From: an uncultured Gammaproteobacteria bacterium
Lineage (GTDB): Bacteria; Patescibacteriota; Patescibacteriia; Patescibacteriales; GWC2-42-12
Direction: 5' to 3'
Length of the DNA stretch: 64,000 nucleotides
Assembly: GCA_964467155.1 (NCBI GenBank)
Contig: CAYXNZ010000004.1
Location: 533-64,532, forward strand
The notes beneath the pieces were generated by a model that was not told the DNA's origin, did no database searches, and saw nothing but the letters and a program-made list of their open reading frames with translations. Positions within the stretch are counted from its first letter, which is position 1. Each line of letters begins with the position of its first letter. Positions 62,763 through 64,000 of the stretch are shown one piece after another. Position numbers and translations under genes: made by a program.

Positions 62763-64000
62763 TTATTGAACAATTCCAGTCGTATTAGCGATAAGGTCAT
62801 TTTTTAGTTGAGTTGTTTGGGCTTTAGTATTTATTGTTATATTTGTTTTTGTTTCATTGTCAGAGGCAGTTGCTGTTGCACCCGGTAATAAAACAACGAT
62901 TCTGTTTCTGTCTTCTTCTTCAGGAGTGAAGCTTATATTGAATTCAGCATCGGCTCGATAAATGGTGGTTGGTAGTCGGCCAATCCACCAATTTATTTTA
63001 TGCTCTTCACGATTATAGCTTAGCTGTCCAATTGAAGCTCGATTTTTTTCATCCCATTTAATGTATCCAGGCAAAGGCAGGTTTACTTGAAGTCCAATCA
63101 GTTCATGTAGGTTGTTTTCAATCGTCCAATAAACTTTGAAGCTGGTCGCTTCGTTAACTTTTGGTGGCAATGAACCTGTGCCAACTGCAATATTATCATC
63201 ATTAAAATATCTGATTTCTTCCTTAAATGATAAATCACTGTTTATTTGATTAATAATAGTATTACTTTTGTTGGTGGTTAAATTCTCTGTTTCTTTATCC
63301 CCTACACTGAATTGAGCATAGCTTTTAATGGAATCACTAAGAGGTAAACTTGTTTGAACAAATGAATTTAAATTTACAGAAAAATTGATTAACCCCTCTT
63401 CACCTTTTTTTAGATTTTCTAATTGCGGTATTTCTAATTTACTCCAACTAATTGTGTTATTACTAATTGTGCCTTCAATATCACTCTGCAATGATTGCCA
63501 ATTCACCAAATCACCTTCAATTACCATCATAATTATCACATCTTCCAAGTCTGAATCACCTCGATTTGCATAATTAAGAAGATAGTTTATGGTGTCTTCT
63601 TGGCTAACTCCCTGATTAGATTGAGAGCCATTAACAAACAGACTGAGATTCAGATCACTTTTTGTTACTTCAAAATCAATTATTTCTTCATAAAAATTAT
63701 GATACTTGGTGCCTTCGTCAGTTTCTTCAGCAAAATCGAATTTTATTGTAACATTTTGATTATCTTCTTTTTTTTCTTCAAGAATAAAATTAATTGTTAA
63801 ATTAATTTCTTCGTTGCCTAATTCAGAAATAATAAATGTATTTTTTTTATTTGCTTTTTGCTCTATGTTCTCCGGCAATTCTTTACTATCTAAGATTATA
63901 AAATTTTCTGGCACTTCAAGATTGACCAAAAAATTATTTATAAAATTATCTTCACTTGGTTTTATAGATAGAGTAATTTGATTTTCTTCTCCGATAAATG
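62763..64000 (-). CDS. Hypothetical protein, 5' end beyond the window
   Basis: The frame stays open upstream of the track's TTG start (63929) through base 64000 (...FIGEENQITLSIKPSEDNFINNF-). I recognised no motif. Confidence 0.5.
   Translation of the reverse strand, partial: FIGEENQITLSIKPSEDNFINNFLVNLEVPENFIILDSKELPENIEQKANKKNTFIISELGNEEINLTINFILEEKKEDNQNVTIKFDFAEETDEGTKYHNFYEEIIDFEVTKSDLNLSLFVNGSQSNQGVSQEDTINYLLNYANRGDSDLEDVIIMMVIEGDLVNWQSLQSDIEGTISNNTISWSKLEIPQLENLKKGEEGLINFSVNLNSFVQTSLPLSDSIKSYAQFSVGDKETENLTTNKSNTIINQINSDLSFKEEIRYFNDDNIAVGTGSLPPKVNEATSFKVYWTIENNLHELIGLQVNLPLPGYIKWDEKNRASIGQLSYNREEHKINWWIGRLPTTIYRADAEFNISFTPEEEDRNRIVVLLPGATATASDNETKTNITINTKAQTTQLKNDLIANTTGIVQ

Noticed and set aside
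1-64000. Alternative genetic code (UGA recoded), as in some candidate-phyla lineages.
   Set aside because: Long conserved genes translate intact with the standard code, and TGA terminates genes at sensible lengths (for example at 1887-1889). The only suspicious TGA, at 58424, is explained by the adjacent G7 frameshift.

Overview
This is an AT-rich, gene-dense window. Hand counts on typical coding lines give about 25-30% G+C. Gene content suggests a reduced-genome bacterium of the Patescibacteria/CPR type; this is an inference from several shortened housekeeping enzymes and many secreted hypothetical proteins with repeated domains. The standard genetic code applies and TGA is used as a stop. 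Contents in order:
- A surface-glycan cluster: Wzy-like ligase, glycosyltransferase, radical SAM/SPASM, DUF350, secreted GH5.
- A G+C-rich, foreign-looking lipoprotein gene.
- A partial dcw cluster (mraZ-rsmH-ftsL-ftsI-murF) behind a consensus promoter and a long G+C-rich leader.
- tRNA-Glu(CUC), preceded by two perfect 100-bp repeats that each carry an interrupted copy of the tRNA 3' end.
- fmt-def, then a G+C-rich orphan gene cassette flanked by a 13-bp direct repeat.
- clpB under a perfect CIRCE operator, then an AmmeMemoRadiSam-type radical SAM enzyme, a TagA-Nudix fusion and gltX.
- An accessory block in which a DarT-like ADP-ribosyltransferase is translationally coupled to a possibly NADAR-like partner, behind a ~270-nt G+C-rich structured region.
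- An M23 peptidase and a pilin-like gene.
- A second cell-wall block: ftsQ-like, a degenerate MurF paralogue, an aminotransferase and ddl.
- serS, lysS and greA.
- A second glycan cluster: Wzy-like, GT2, GT1/GT4-type and flippase.
- The infA-rpmJ-rpsM-rpsK-rpsD-rpoA-rplQ-rplM-rpsI operon, then alaS.
- mnmA interrupted in frame by a 163-bp palindromic MITE-like element.
- A CAP-domain protein, and a ~1,470-aa beta-helix surface protein split at a G7 homopolymer.
- A Wzy-TPR protein and a tgt that lacks the zinc-site cysteines.
I saw no rRNA, CRISPR array, transposase or integrase. All calls rest on hand translation and on motifs recalled from memory; no database search was possible.
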